From assembly GCA_964016885.1 (NCBI GenBank), contig OZ024740.1, positions 115,320,001 through 115,384,000 of the forward strand: DNA of 64,000 nt, written 5' to 3'. The DNA is from Eledone cirrhosa. Taxonomy: Eukaryota. The position numbers were made by a program, and so were the translations under genes. The notes under the pieces are model-generated. The model saw nothing but the letters and a program-made list of their open reading frames with translations. It was not told the DNA's origin and did not search any database. This document shows, piece by piece, positions 30,414-42,136 of the stretch (position 1 is the first letter of the stretch; every line of letters starts with the position of its first letter).

Positions 30414-30614
30414 TTATATATATATATACAAATATATTACACAAATAGAAGTATGTTACACAGTGAGATGTGTGTAAAGAATTATTACAAGTGATTTTTA
30501 CCGTTACTGTATAGAAAACAATATCTACAGGTTTAGCAATTAAATAGAAAAAAACCTAAGTCAGAATAAAATCTCTGAAGTAGAGTTTTAAATTACTAAC
30601 CTTATAACTATAAG

Positions 30615-30689
30615 TTTGCTGATACGAATTAAGTTCGTTTCCCCACAGAAATGTGCAGTTTAACAGCCACATGTTCATCATTCAGCAAA
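30615..30689 (-). ncRNA. HHR motif, family D inverted arm (C3>A)
   Basis: tttgctga ATGATGA ... GAAA cgaa cttaa ttcg TA tcagcaaa. Confidence 0.6.
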
Positions 30690-30789
30690 TGTGGATTCAG
30701 TTTACTACACATCTAACCTCATGGATACAGCGTGTATATTAGCTTTCTCTCTATCCATGAGGTTAGATGTGTAGTAAACTGAATCCACA

Positions 30790-30864
30790 TTTGCTGGCTG
30801 ATGAACCTGTAGCTGTTAAACTGCACATTTCTGTGGGGAAACGAACTTAATTCGTATCAGCAAA
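30790..30864 (+). ncRNA. Type I HHR motif (family D)
   Basis: tttgctgg CTGATGA [stem II, irregular base] GAAA cgaa cttaa ttcg TA tcagcaaa; 8-bp stem I, 5-bp stem III, GUA triplet. Confidence 0.75.
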
Positions 30865-31140
30865 CTTATAGTTATAAGGTTAGTAATTTAAAACTCTACT
30901 TCAGAGATTTTATTCTGACTTAGGGTTTTTTCTATTTAATTGCTAAACCTGTAGATATTGTTTTCTATACAGTAACGGTAAAAATCACTTGTAATAATTC
31001 TGTACACACATTTCACTGTGTAACACACTTCTCTTTGTGTAATATATTTGTATCTGAGCTGAGAAGAAAATTCTCTATTCTTCTTTGAGCTAATATTATT
31101 ATTATTACTGTGAACTGTGGAATACTTTTAATTCCCATCC

Positions 31141-31192
<52 letters not shown>

Positions 31193-31244
31193 GGGGTGTT
31201 TGTGTGCGTGTGTGTGTTTATGCATAATATATATATTGTATACG

Positions 31245-31295
<51 letters not shown>

Positions 31296-31386
31296 CGAAG
31301 GAAATGTGGTAGGGAACCAGGTGGACCATAACGCACCAAAGTAATCAATACTTGAGGTAGTAGAGTGGGTAATAGGAACCAGTAAG

Positions 31387-31480
31387 ACCCCGACAGCTGA
31401 GCTCAAGCTGTTTCGACGGCTAATTCTGGACTAAATGAAAATTTATCCTGGTATTTAAATAGCCGATCTTCTCAAGGGGT
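31387..31480 (-). ncRNA. Type I HHR with U3-A8 variant core (family A), GUC triplet
   Basis: acccc TTGAGAA gatcggcta...tagccgtc GAAA cagc ttgagctca gctg TC ggggt. Confidence 0.8.
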
Positions 31481-31640
31481 AATTCCATATATGGTCAAAC
31501 GCACCAAAGTACTCAATACTTGAGGTAGTAGAGTGGGTAATAGGAACCAGTAAGACCCCGACAGCTGAGCTCAAGCCGTTTCGACGGGCGCACCAAAGTA
31601 CTCAATACTTGAGGTAGTAGAATTGACCATATATGGAATT

Positions 31641-31734
31641 ACCCCTTGAGAAGATCGGCTATTTAAATACCAGGATAAATTTTCATTTAGTCCAGAATTA
31701 GCCGTCGAAACGGCTTGAGCTCAGCTGTTGGGGT
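31641..31734 (+). ncRNA. Type I HHR with U3-A8 variant core (family A, inverted arm), GUU triplet
   Basis: acccc TTGAGAA gatcggcta...tagccgtc GAAA cggc ttgagctca gctg TT ggggt. Confidence 0.78.
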
Positions 31735-31744
31735 CTTACTGGTT

Positions 31745-31786
<42 letters not shown>

Positions 31787-31838
31787 CATTTATGTGTGTA
31801 TATATATATATATATATGCATATGTGAGTTTGTATGCA

Positions 31839-31885
<47 letters not shown>

Positions 31886-32098
31886 CGTTTCTGAATTTGT
31901 TTAGCAAGATTCTTTATCTGAAATCGTGTGTTGAAACCGATATTGTTATACTTTGGGAGGGTCATGTTGCTAATAAGAAACACACGCACCAGTTGCTTTC
32001 ACTTCAATTTAATTTATTATATATTTATAAATTTACAAATTTATAAATTTCTGGTTGGTTGGTTGGTTCCACAACCAGATAGTTGTTTATATATATAT

Positions 32099-32143
32099 AG
32101 TCATAGTTCTTTCGTCACACACTCTGTGACCTCTTCAGTGACT
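32099..32143 (-). ncRNA. Minimal type I HHR (family B, left arm)
   Basis: Reverse complement of 32265-32309. Confidence 0.8.
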
Positions 32144-32264
32144 GGGGATTTCTTTCTTCGTTTCTGTGCCTTTCCTTTCTTCTATCCTACGCCATTTTGT
32201 TTGTCAAACAAAATGGCGTAGGATAGAAGAAAGGAAAGGCACAGAAACGAAGAAAGAAATCCCC

Positions 32265-32309
32265 AGTCACTGAAGAGGTCACAGAGTGTGTGACGAAAGA
32301 ACTATGACT
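32265..32309 (+). ncRNA. Minimal type I HHR (family B, right arm)
   Basis: agtca CTGAAGA g gtcaca gagtg tgtgac GAAA gaac TA tgact. Confidence 0.82.
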
Positions 32310-32444
32310 ATATATATATAAACAACTATCTGGTTGTGGAACCAACCAACCAACCAGAAATTTATAAATATATAATAAATTAAATTGAAGTGAAAGCAAC
32401 TGGTGCGTGTGTTTCTTATTGGCAACATGACCCTCCCAAAGTAT

Positions 32445-32509
<65 letters not shown>

Positions 32510-32664
32510 TTTCCTGTGAATAGATCACTATGCTGTGCTCAGAATCGAATTATCCAAGTGGTATCGGTACCGTTGAGCAATTCTAAAGGAAGTAACATCT
32601 GAAAATTGTTTTGGATTCTGTGCCTCTGGAATTAAATCGATCTTAATTCCCCACTATATATATA

Positions 32665-32800
32665 AGACGTCGGATAGAATGCTTTACGCTATTCGTTAAA
32701 CCTCATTGCGCGCTCTGAGTTCAAATCCCATCGAGGTCAACTTTGCCTTTCATCCTTTTGAGGTCGATAAAATAAAGTACCAGTCCAGTACTGGGGTTGA
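32665..32800 (+). mobile_element. SINE family 1, diverged copy
   Basis: gagttcaaatccc...ctttgcctttcatccttttgaggtcgataaaataaagtaccag. Confidence 0.75.
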
Positions 32801-33089
32801 TTCTTCCTCTATAGAAAAAAATCGGATGTGTTCAGACCTGGAGAGGGTTGGGCTCCGCCAGCCTTATAAGTGCGCTAGACACGCCGTTTGACGGTGCTTC
32901 TACGACTCCACAAGGAGTTATGGGATCTTTATCCTATATACGGAAAAGATATTGAAACTGTAACTGGAATCTTTTAAGTATATTTATTTACTTTACCGGT
33001 TTGACAGTTCGTATGATTTTCAAAAGTAAAATTGAGATGGAGGGTTTATGTATCTGTTGATGTTTCTTTCGCATTATTATATTTTTACC

Positions 33090-33280
33090 AGGGGCGGTGA
33101 ATTGGCAGTATCGGAGAGGGTCGTACATGCTTTCCAGCGAAGTTACGTCCCTTTACGGTCTGAGTTCAAATCCCGCCGAGGTTAACTTTGCCTTTCAACC
33201 TTACGGGGTCGATAAAATAAAGTACCAGTAATGCACTGAGTAATTGCTGGCCTTGTGCCAAAAAGTAGAAACAATTATTA
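33090..33280 (+). mobile_element. SINE family 1, full copy
   Basis: Near-identical to 3881-4072. Confidence 0.85.
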
Positions 33281-33606
33281 TATTTTACCTGTGTGGGATA
33301 TTTAAAAAAAAAACCCTTACTTTCTTATATATATATATATATATTAGATAGTAACATGTGCTGACGCCGTATTTGACTAAATAGAATTAGTCTGTTAGTT
33401 GGGATTTTAAAAAACCTCTGAATGGAAAAAAGGATGTTCTTCTGGTTTTATAATTTCACAAATTTTTGCCAATAGAGAGAGAGTCGGTTTCTAACATAGA
33501 TACAAGACTCTCATTGGAATTTACACATCAACTAGGTAGATATGTATGCATGTCTGCATGCATGTGTGTGTGCAGCTATGGATGTTGACATATATGCGGA
33601 TGACAT

Positions 33607-34242
33607 ATATCCGTATGTGGTTGAAAGCTGAGAAAAATGAGTACTCGGTATTAAGTATTCTTTTCTCTCAACCTTCAACCACATACGGATTTACACTCCC
33701 AGCTACGTGTAATCGGTAGAGCACTCATTAGATCTTCTGCTTTATATCTATGAGGCTCTCTTTCCCTTTCCTCCCTTACCTTCTCTCTCTCCCCTTCCTC
33801 CCCTTGCCCCTCTATTTCCTCATTTCCCCTTCCTCTACTTCTCCACTTCCTCCTCTACTCGCTCTATTCCCCTTTCTCCGCTACCCCCTTCTCTTTTCTC
33901 CCCTTCCTCTCCTTCCTCCCCTTCCACTGTTTTCTCCTTCCCCTTGCTTTCCTTTTATCCTTGCTCTCCTTTTATCCTTGCTCTCCTTGCTCTCCTTTTC
34001 TCATTGCTCTCCTTGCTCGCCTTTTCTCATAGCTCTCCTTGCTCTCCTTTTCTCCTTGTATTTATGTACTTGTTTATATACAAATACAATGAGAAGAGGG
34101 TTACAAGGTGAAATATGAAAGCAAGGATAGCAAGGAGATTATATATATACGTATCATATATAGATATGTATATATGTATATATATATATTGCTCAATACC
34201 GAGTATTCATTTCTCTCAGCTGTCAACCACATACGAATATAT
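33607..34242. repeat. Unclassified element with ~50-bp inverted termini and CT-rich interior
   Basis: atatccgtatgtggttgaaagctgagaaaaatgagtactcggtatt versus aataccgagtattcatttctctcagctgtcaaccacatacgaatat; a second partial copy lies at 36940-37515. Confidence 0.6.
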
Positions 34243-34248
34243 GTATAT

Positions 34249-36935
34249 TAGGTGGCCCTTAGCAATTGGTAATTTTCCGAAAGTTAAAATTTTGCCACCC
34301 TCCACCCACCCCTAATCCTGTACAACAAAAAAATGGTGTGTTTAAAATTTCACAACGATTAATTATGTTCAAAAGCGGTATACTGTTCCCTATCTCGACC
34401 ATTTTCTTTTTTCTTCTTAGAGAAATTTATGTGGACACATCCAGGCGACCTCAGCAAATGTTTAAAAACGTTCTGAATCAAATTTACCAAAAGTTAATTT
34501 GAAAAATTCTTGAAATAACATGAAAAACTTAAGAAATATTCGGTTTTCTTGATAAAGCATACAACTTCTATAAGAGAATTTCTATAGAATCAAAAATATA
34601 ATGTGAACACTAAACACTGAATATTGAACATTATTTTTGCACAAGTGAGGATTTAGTAACAGTTGGGTATGTTTTACGGTTTTCGGTAACGATGTGTAAA
34701 ACAAATTGTTTCTCAGTTTCATCTTTTGTGAGAATGTTATTGTAATCCTGAATGAGTTTAACACCTCTTTCTGCAACATCGTTCACAACAACTGTTTTTT
34801 CAAGTTTTTCAAGTCCGCTTTTGTAACCATGATCATCCTTTCATGTTGAAGGGTCTTTGTTGAGGAAATCAGTGCTGATAGAAAATATCATGAAGAAAGT
34901 TTTTGTACCAGGACTTACAAAAGACGAAAACTCGATGTTTGTAAAGGAAGAAAAGTCATTTTGGTGCAGAAAGCACCTCTTCAGTTGATTTTTTTCTTCT
35001 TTCTCTTTTTCACCTGTGTCTGCTTCCAGCATAACTTGAACAATATTTGCCTTAACCTCTGTTGGAATATTGCCATCAATTATGGATAGATCCACAGTTT
35101 CGGGAGCTAAGTACCAGAGATGGTTGGAAAATATTTTCGTAACAGCTTTACTGATTTCTGGATCAATATCCTGATAATTTATCAGTTGACGCATGAATAG
35201 CAAATCATGATGAGGTGCTTTAATTGCTTCTGATGACAGAAACGAGGCTCGAACGTTCACTCGAGCATGAAAAATACATATTCTTCTTAAAGAGTTCTTC
35301 TCCCCAGGAGATAACTGAAATTGATCTTGAAACAGGTATATCTTGAATGCATAAATTACTTTTGATATCCACCTAGCATGACTTACAGCTCCTGATGTAC
35401 GAAACGATATCCCGTTCTTCGGAATGCCACCAAGAAAGATCATCGTTCGCTCCAATAATTCTCGGTAATCATCTCGCTGTTGTTTTTACGTGGAAAGGTG
35501 GTATTCAAGAAATCCAAGAATGGTAGAGCGGACAACATCAGGCACTTCATTGCTACCAGTTATGTAAATCTTCTTGTTGAGTTACGTCCAAGTTTCTCTA
35601 AATCTTTGGAAAAACGCCATGTCTGGACCAGAAGTTGCACTCATCAGTGAGTTGAAACAGCTCCTCAAAACTAACTCAAAAATGTGATGACGGCAATTAC
35701 AAGAGGTCACGATTGAACATTTTTTCTAGATTTGTACAGGAACCATTTACTCGACCTGTGTTGCTTGATGTCGTATCACAACAAAGTGCCTGAATATTGT
35801 CGGTTATACCCTCTTCTCCACTGCTTGGTAAACAGCAATGTCTTGCTGTTTTCCTGAATATGTTGGAATTTCAGGAACTCCCAACAATTGCTCCTTGCCT
35901 TGAAAAGTTACTATTATTGCCTGTCTATCAACCTTTTCAACGCGTGTGAGTTCTGGGAGCAGCTTTCTATCCCAGTGTAACACTAATTCTTGACAGCCGT
36001 TTAGGTTAAATTTGTGCTGTATTTCTGTGTGTCTCGCTTCTCTAAATTTCTTTCTAAGGCGTCGAAAAGAAGTGCGATTTATTACCAGGTTTTCAGTATC
36101 GCCCAAAAGCCTCTGCAGCAGCCATTAATATGTAAATTCCATCTCTATCAGTGATTTTGCACCTATCAAAAACTTTAGAGAGACGGGGAGTAAAAAACTG
36201 CTATGTACCTCGAGTTGCTGGAACTGTTGCTGCTGCTGCGGTTGTTGCTGTTGGTGATATTTGCTGAACGATGACAGAGGAATTTTCGCTGTCATCACCA
36301 CGACCACTGCTTTGGCTGCTTGATGTTGAATCATCAGTTTCTGATGTAACAAACTGATGAGTAGAAAAATGTTGCTGCATTTCTTCATAAGACCTTTTTT
36401 TCCTGACATTTCCATTGAAGTGTGCTTTAGTGCTCTTTCTTCCTTGTGTCTTATGTTTTGATCTACACTAACCATGGAGATCGGTCGTCCTATTTGGCGC
36501 TGAAGCATTAAGAAATTCTTATCCTCTTCAATTTTCATCTGTCTCAAAACATCTGCATGAACAATGTCAAAGTGATCGTCCATCATTTCCCCAAAAAAGT
36601 TCTCTTTTTTTTCTTTTTCCTTGCATGCAGTTCTAGTCAAATTTTTCTGTAACCCTTTCCATTCAAGTTTGAGTACCTTATCAACGCAGTGGTCAGTTCT
36701 TCTGGTAGGAATTCGTGCTTTTTGCCCAAAACTGGAAACTTCTTGAATCACTAATGCTGTACTTTCCTTCGTTGTAAGATTTACAACTCTTACATTGTAG
36801 AAAAAACGCTTAAAACTTGCCGATTCGAGTGTAGTTTGGCTCCCACGATTTGATTGGAAATGGAGCCAACAAGAGTCACATGAAAATCTTTTCTTAACTT
36901 GTGTGATGAACTACCTGAAGAAGATGATGCCATTT
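34249..36935 (-). mobile_element. DDE DNA transposon relic, hATm-like transposase pseudogene
   Basis: Frameshifted motifs KARIPT, VLHWDRKLL, EQLLGVP, LCCDTTSSNTG, CRHHIFELVL, GAVSHARWISKVIYAFK, HLWYL. Possible terminus TAGGTGG at 34249. The superfamily assignment is from recall, not from a search. Confidence 0.75.
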
Positions 36936-37285
36936 CACCTTCCTTTACTTGCTCTCCTTTTCACCTTCCTCTCCCTGCTCTCCTTCTCACCTTCCTCTCC
37001 TTTTCTCCTTGCTCTCCTTTTCTCCTTCCTCTCCTTTTCACCTTCCTCTCCTTCCTCTCCTTGCTCGCCTTTTCTCCTTTTCACCTTCCTCTCCTTGCTC
37101 TCCTTCTCACCTTCCTCTCCTTTTCTCCTTGCTCTCCTTTTCACCATCCTCTCATTGCTCTCCTTTTCACCTTCCTCTCCTTGCTCTCCTATTTCTGTTT
37201 ATCTGTTTGCTCTCCTTTCCTCATTGTATCAGAGAAAAGGATAGCAAAGAAAAGGTGAGCATGGAGAGCCAGGGCAGTAAGGAGA

Positions 37286-37325
<40 letters not shown>

Positions 37326-37393
37326 TCTCCTTATTTTCCTATATATATATATAGAGAGTAATATATATATTGAATAATATATATATATACATA

Positions 37394-37430
<37 letters not shown>

Positions 37431-37929
37431 CATATATATGTACATATGTATATATATATATATATTACTCAATACCGAGTACTGTTTTCTCAGCCGTCAA
37501 CCACATACGGATATATGTGTATATATATAAACACATACAGATATATGTTTAATACATATATAAGTACTCGGTATTGAGTATTCTGGCTTATATATATATG
37601 GCTCATATCTTGTCGCGCCAATGCCGTATCCATTGAAGTGCAGCGTCGTTTGCTTCCATCAGGTCTTGGTCCCAGTGAGCACCCACGGAGGATGTGGGCT
37701 ATGGTCTGGGAGGTCTACTTACTCACTTTCTCCCTTTTCATCTTCCTCGCCTCCTCCCTATAACCGACTTCCTGTTCATTGCACATCTTCCTCCCTTTCA
37801 TCCCTTCCACAATCTCCTCTCTTTCTCCTCATCTCCCCCTCTTTCCCACAATTTCCCCCCTTTTTCATTTTCATTCTCTGAAATGTGCGTAGTGGGAGGG
37901 CCAACAAGAGGAATGGAGCAAAGTATGCA

Positions 37930-38225
37930 GTGAAGGTGTGCAGGAAAGGCAGATAGTGAGCGAGATATGCCTTCATTGAAAACAGGTATAGCGGCTTCAG
38001 TTCCCTTGGCATCACAGGAGCCAATAGGCGAAAGTCCATTAGGTCAAACACCGAGGTGAGGGAAGTCGTTTAAATGTGCCTGAGGTTCAGGAGATATAAG
38101 CAGTGTTAATTGACGGCAATGTTGCCTGGACACGAGACAGGATTTGATCAACTCTTTTGGGGTGTCCTATGTGTATCTGGTGTTGAAAAACCTGATACCC
38201 CCAATGACAATGGGGAACATCATTT
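37930..38225 (+). mobile_element. Hero-like LINE 3' fragment
   Basis: LGITGANRRKSIR-like translation; the 3' UTR (gatcaac...tgttgaaa...cccaatgac) resembles 25340-25450. Confidence 0.45.
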
Positions 38226-39628
38226 TTAATGTGCCTAAATACATCACAGAATTATGTTGAAGTAAATAATAATCTTCTTTTATAAATATAACGTTTTATT
38301 GTGTGTTTGGGGAAAAACTGCTTCACTGTTATATGGTTCCAAATATGCTCCCGTTGAATGGATCGTGATTGGCTAACAAATTCTGATTCGAACGTCTGTA
38401 ACCACCGAGCGTGAGCTGCCCCTATTTTTAATGCTGTGAGTACAATGAGTAGAGCCATCTCAGTCTGTCACGGGTCATCACCAACACAGATAAATGTAAG
38501 ATTACAGTATGAGTAGGTCTGCCTATCATCAGTTAAACCTTTAGACTGAATTTAATCTAATAAAATACTAGCAATATTACAATTTCACAACCGATGCAGG
38601 TTTTCTATTTACATGTATTTGACTGAGCTACTGGCAGCTGCACTGAATATAGAAAGTGTGACGTACCAGAATTAAAACAACAACCCTCAACTCGTTTATT
38701 TGTGAACTGAAACCTTACCTTAAGTTAGATATAATTGTAAAACTGTATTTATATACTTTAAAAGTTGAAGAAAATTGCGCTATCACGAATTTAAACATAT
38801 TTATAGAAGTGTTTCTCAATTTTTCTTTTTTATTCTTATTTTTTCTGTTTGTTTTTTTATTTATTTATTAACACTTTGTGCGATGCAATGATTTAAATAA
38901 GATATGTTACTATATTGCAGACTTCATTGGCTGCTCAACATTATCTTATGCGTGAATTATTATAAATATCGAAAATATCTGTTAACGAAAGAAAACACTG
39001 ATTGTTTCAGAAATGGATTTTATTCTATTTTTTATTTCATTTTTCTATAGCTTTAATAGAAAATATCGAGATTGAAATTTTTCTCAGCTTTTACGATTTA
39101 AATTAATCTGATTATATTATTAATTGAAAATTCATTCAAAATCCTATAACGTTTTGGGATTTTAATGAAAATAAACCCTATCTAAAATCTCTCTTCAACA
39201 TATTGCCGACATATTAATCAGCGAGAAAATTAGCACTTCATCGAATATTTCCCCCTTCGATTTTAAAATTAATCTTCGATTTTGAATGTTGGTTTAAACA
39301 AAAAGATGACGTTTATACCAATTTAAATGCAATCAATTTATTTCTCTTTTCATTAACGTGATTTGTGAAATCAAGATATCTGTGAGAGGTGTATGTCAAT
39401 GGTGAATAATGAGTCATAGGTTCACTGTCGATATTACATGACTTTAGAATCTTTGCTAAACATTAGAGGGTCCACGGTGGCTCGAAAACGAATCGTATTG
39501 TTTTGGGGGTAAATGTACCCTTGATTATATGTGTACAAAGGTATCATAGGGATATGTATCAAGACACTTTCACATGAATTATTAATTTAGAGATTATAAA
39601 TCATTGTTCGTCTCCATTTCATACATGC

Positions 39629-39676
<48 letters not shown>

Positions 39677-39678
<2 letters not shown>

Positions 39679-39868
39679 CGATGGAAGTGTGGAAAGGAAC
39701 CACGTGGACCATAATGCACCAGAGTACTCGATAGTATGGGTAGTAGAGTGGGTAATAGCAAAAGAGTCCCCGACGGCTGAGCTCCGGCCCGTTCTATAGA
39801 TAGTTCAGAACTAGCTGTCGAAACGTCCGGAGCTCAGCCGTCGGGGCGTCGGTGTCCTGAATCTTTTA
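39677..39868 (-). mobile_element. HHR family A fold-back element (half-ribozyme copy)
   Basis: Same body as 412-610; hairpin ccccgacggctgagctccgg...ccggagctcagccgtcgggg; (TA)n on both sides. Confidence 0.8.
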
Positions 39869-40639
39869 TTATATATATATGTGTGTGTGTGGGTGTGTAT
39901 GTGGGTGTGTGTGTGTGTATACCTGGAGAGTGATAGGCTCCACCAGGCTTAAAATGCCCAAGAAACGCTGTATGTCAATACGGCGCACCTACGACTCTAT
40001 CAGGCGTTACGGGACCATACCATATATATATATATCGAATAAAAAGTTATATTTCTGTAATACTTAGATATCTCGATGTGGGGGCATATAAGCTAGTCCG
40101 ACCAAAATAAGTCAGTTTAACTCATATAGTTCCCCAACCAAGGTTTCTTGAATCAAGAAGCAATATCAAAAAAATTATTTCAAAACTTTGGAATAAACAT
40201 ATTGGAAGAATTCAAATTCCGTCATTATAGGGAGAATTCTTTGGAATAAGATGAGATATTGAATATATAGCACACAGACCATGTGGGTCTAGCAATTGCG
40301 CCCTGAATCCATTTCCCATAAAAGCTACACAGGCAAAAATACGAGAAGATACGGATATATTTAGGGGTTACATAATTGGGTGTTTTTTTAATGCTATGCC
40401 CCCCCCCCCTCAAAAAAATGAAAACTAATTTACTTCACACTTGTTGATTGTAGCCAGGTTTCTCTACACCACCTCCACAATCACCACCGACTACACCACC
40501 ACCACTACGATCATAATACCGCCCCCCATTAACATTATAACACTGCCGATACATTTATTACTCCAGCCACGATCACTACAATCACATACACTATCTCCAT
40601 CACCTACATCACCCCAACCAGAATCACCACAAATGCTCT

Positions 40640-41460
40640 TATGTTTTGTCTACCATAACATCGAACTCGGGGAGACAATTTCAGTTGCCATAAAAAGATC
40701 CAGGAAGTGTGGGGGAAAGCACATATCCCTACCAAAACAGAAAAGCTATCTTCAATCGAGAAATTGTATAAAGACTATCAAGAACTAAAAAAAAAAAGAA
40801 AATGAAGGGTGACTGACAAAGCAACTGCAGAATCTGAGATTTGGAAAGGTGATCTCGAGAATATTTTTGACATAGTAAGGCAGTACGTTCTCGAAAGAAA
40901 GGATATCCCATCTTAATACAAAACTTTTTTTGAAGCACAACGAGAAGATCCGATGTCGAGTACATAAAGCTCTCCCTTCTCTATCTTGGTGGTTGGCCAT
41001 TTCTTCAGTTCTCTTTCTCGGCCCCGTGAGCTTACCACCATGATAGTTCTGTTCAAAGTACAACTTAATCTTACACCACGTGAATCGAGAGATCTACAAA
41101 ACGTTGATTATTTTTGTGACTTTGGTGTATGTAAAATTCTGGAACGAAGCAATGGGTTCCCAGATGGGCTCTAAACAATGATCTCACTTTGATGAAGCTG
41201 TTACCAATATATCCTGACCAACAAATCGGAACTGTGGCAGGAACGGTCCTTCATCGTCACATGTGAGAATAGTTAGTAACGTTGGCATTCTTTGACGGAA
41301 GAATTGGACTGAGTGAGGAGAAAAAATGTTCCAAAATCTAACAAAAGAAGAGAAAAGAAGGGTGTGAAAAAGGTCGAAGGAAAAGTAATGGCTTTCAGCA
41401 ACAAAGAACTGAATGACTTCGTTGCAAAGAAAACAAACAATGATTTGAAATGCCTGGTAC
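40640..41460 (+). pseudogene. Second, internally deleted hATm-like transposase relic
   Basis: KKIQEVWGKAHIPTK, DLENIFDI and LFKVQLNLTPRESRDL align by eye with QKARIPT, DDHFDI and LFQDQFQLSPGEKNSL of the 34.2-36.9 kb relic. Confidence 0.6.
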
Positions 41461-42099
41461 TGCTTCTTCCGTTTTTGAAACCATTGTAGGGAGACGATTA
41501 TGTGAGTGAAACTTTCTTATTTTAGTCTATAAAATTGCTTCTCTGAAAGATATCTTATCTGTATATTTTTATCCATTCAATGAGATGTATTGAGATGTAT
41601 TAGAGACAAATGACCTTTTAATTAACCTATAATTAATATTAACAACTCTTTCTTTATAGAGTTGATTTAGACGGTTTTCGCTGCTATTTCTAGCGTCATT
41701 ATAAGCCCATTGCATTGTCCTAATATATATAGAAACGTTTATTTATTTAGTAGTTCAACAAAGCAACGTGTTGGACAGCACACAGTTTCGACTACAAAAT
41801 GGTATATATACTTTATAATCAATATCTCCACTTTTTCCAAAGAACACTTCTCTGACGAAAAAACAATTTTTTACAGTATTGGTTATTCCAGTGATTTTAA
41901 ATGGCTGGTATTGTTTTTGTAAACATGGTAGGGAGACGTTTATATGAGTGAGACTTTCTTATTTTAGTCTGTGTGACTTATACTCACCTGTGGGTGGGGC
42001 ATAAGTTTAATATGTAAAATTACGTTTCTTAGTGGTATCTTATCAGTATATTTTATCCATTCATTGCGATATCTAAGTATTAGAGATAAATAACCTTTT

Positions 42100-42132
<33 letters not shown>

Positions 42133-42136
<4 letters not shown>

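Larger units (their letters stand above)
30426..31144 (+). mobile_element. HHR family D fold-back element: ~300-bp arms centred on ~30740 plus a 90-bp 3' tail into (TA)n
   Basis: 30427-30727 is the reverse complement of 30751-31053. Confidence 0.85.
31294..31748 (-). mobile_element. HHR family A element with internal ~168-bp direct repeat and inverted arm
   Basis: acgcaccaaagta.tcaatacttgaggtagtaga occurs at ~31331, 31499 and 31589; 31623-31748 is an inverted copy of ~31372-31498. Confidence 0.85.
31885..32450 (-). mobile_element. HHR family B fold-back element: near-perfect palindrome centred on ~32203
   Basis: 31939-32202 is the reverse complement of 32204-32450 except for a small indel and a substitution; (TA)n on both sides. 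Confidence 0.88.

Noticed and set aside
35226-35255. CTGATGA-ca-GAAAC hammerhead-like string
   Set aside because: There is no room for stem II and no stem I; it is the antisense of transposase coding sequence.
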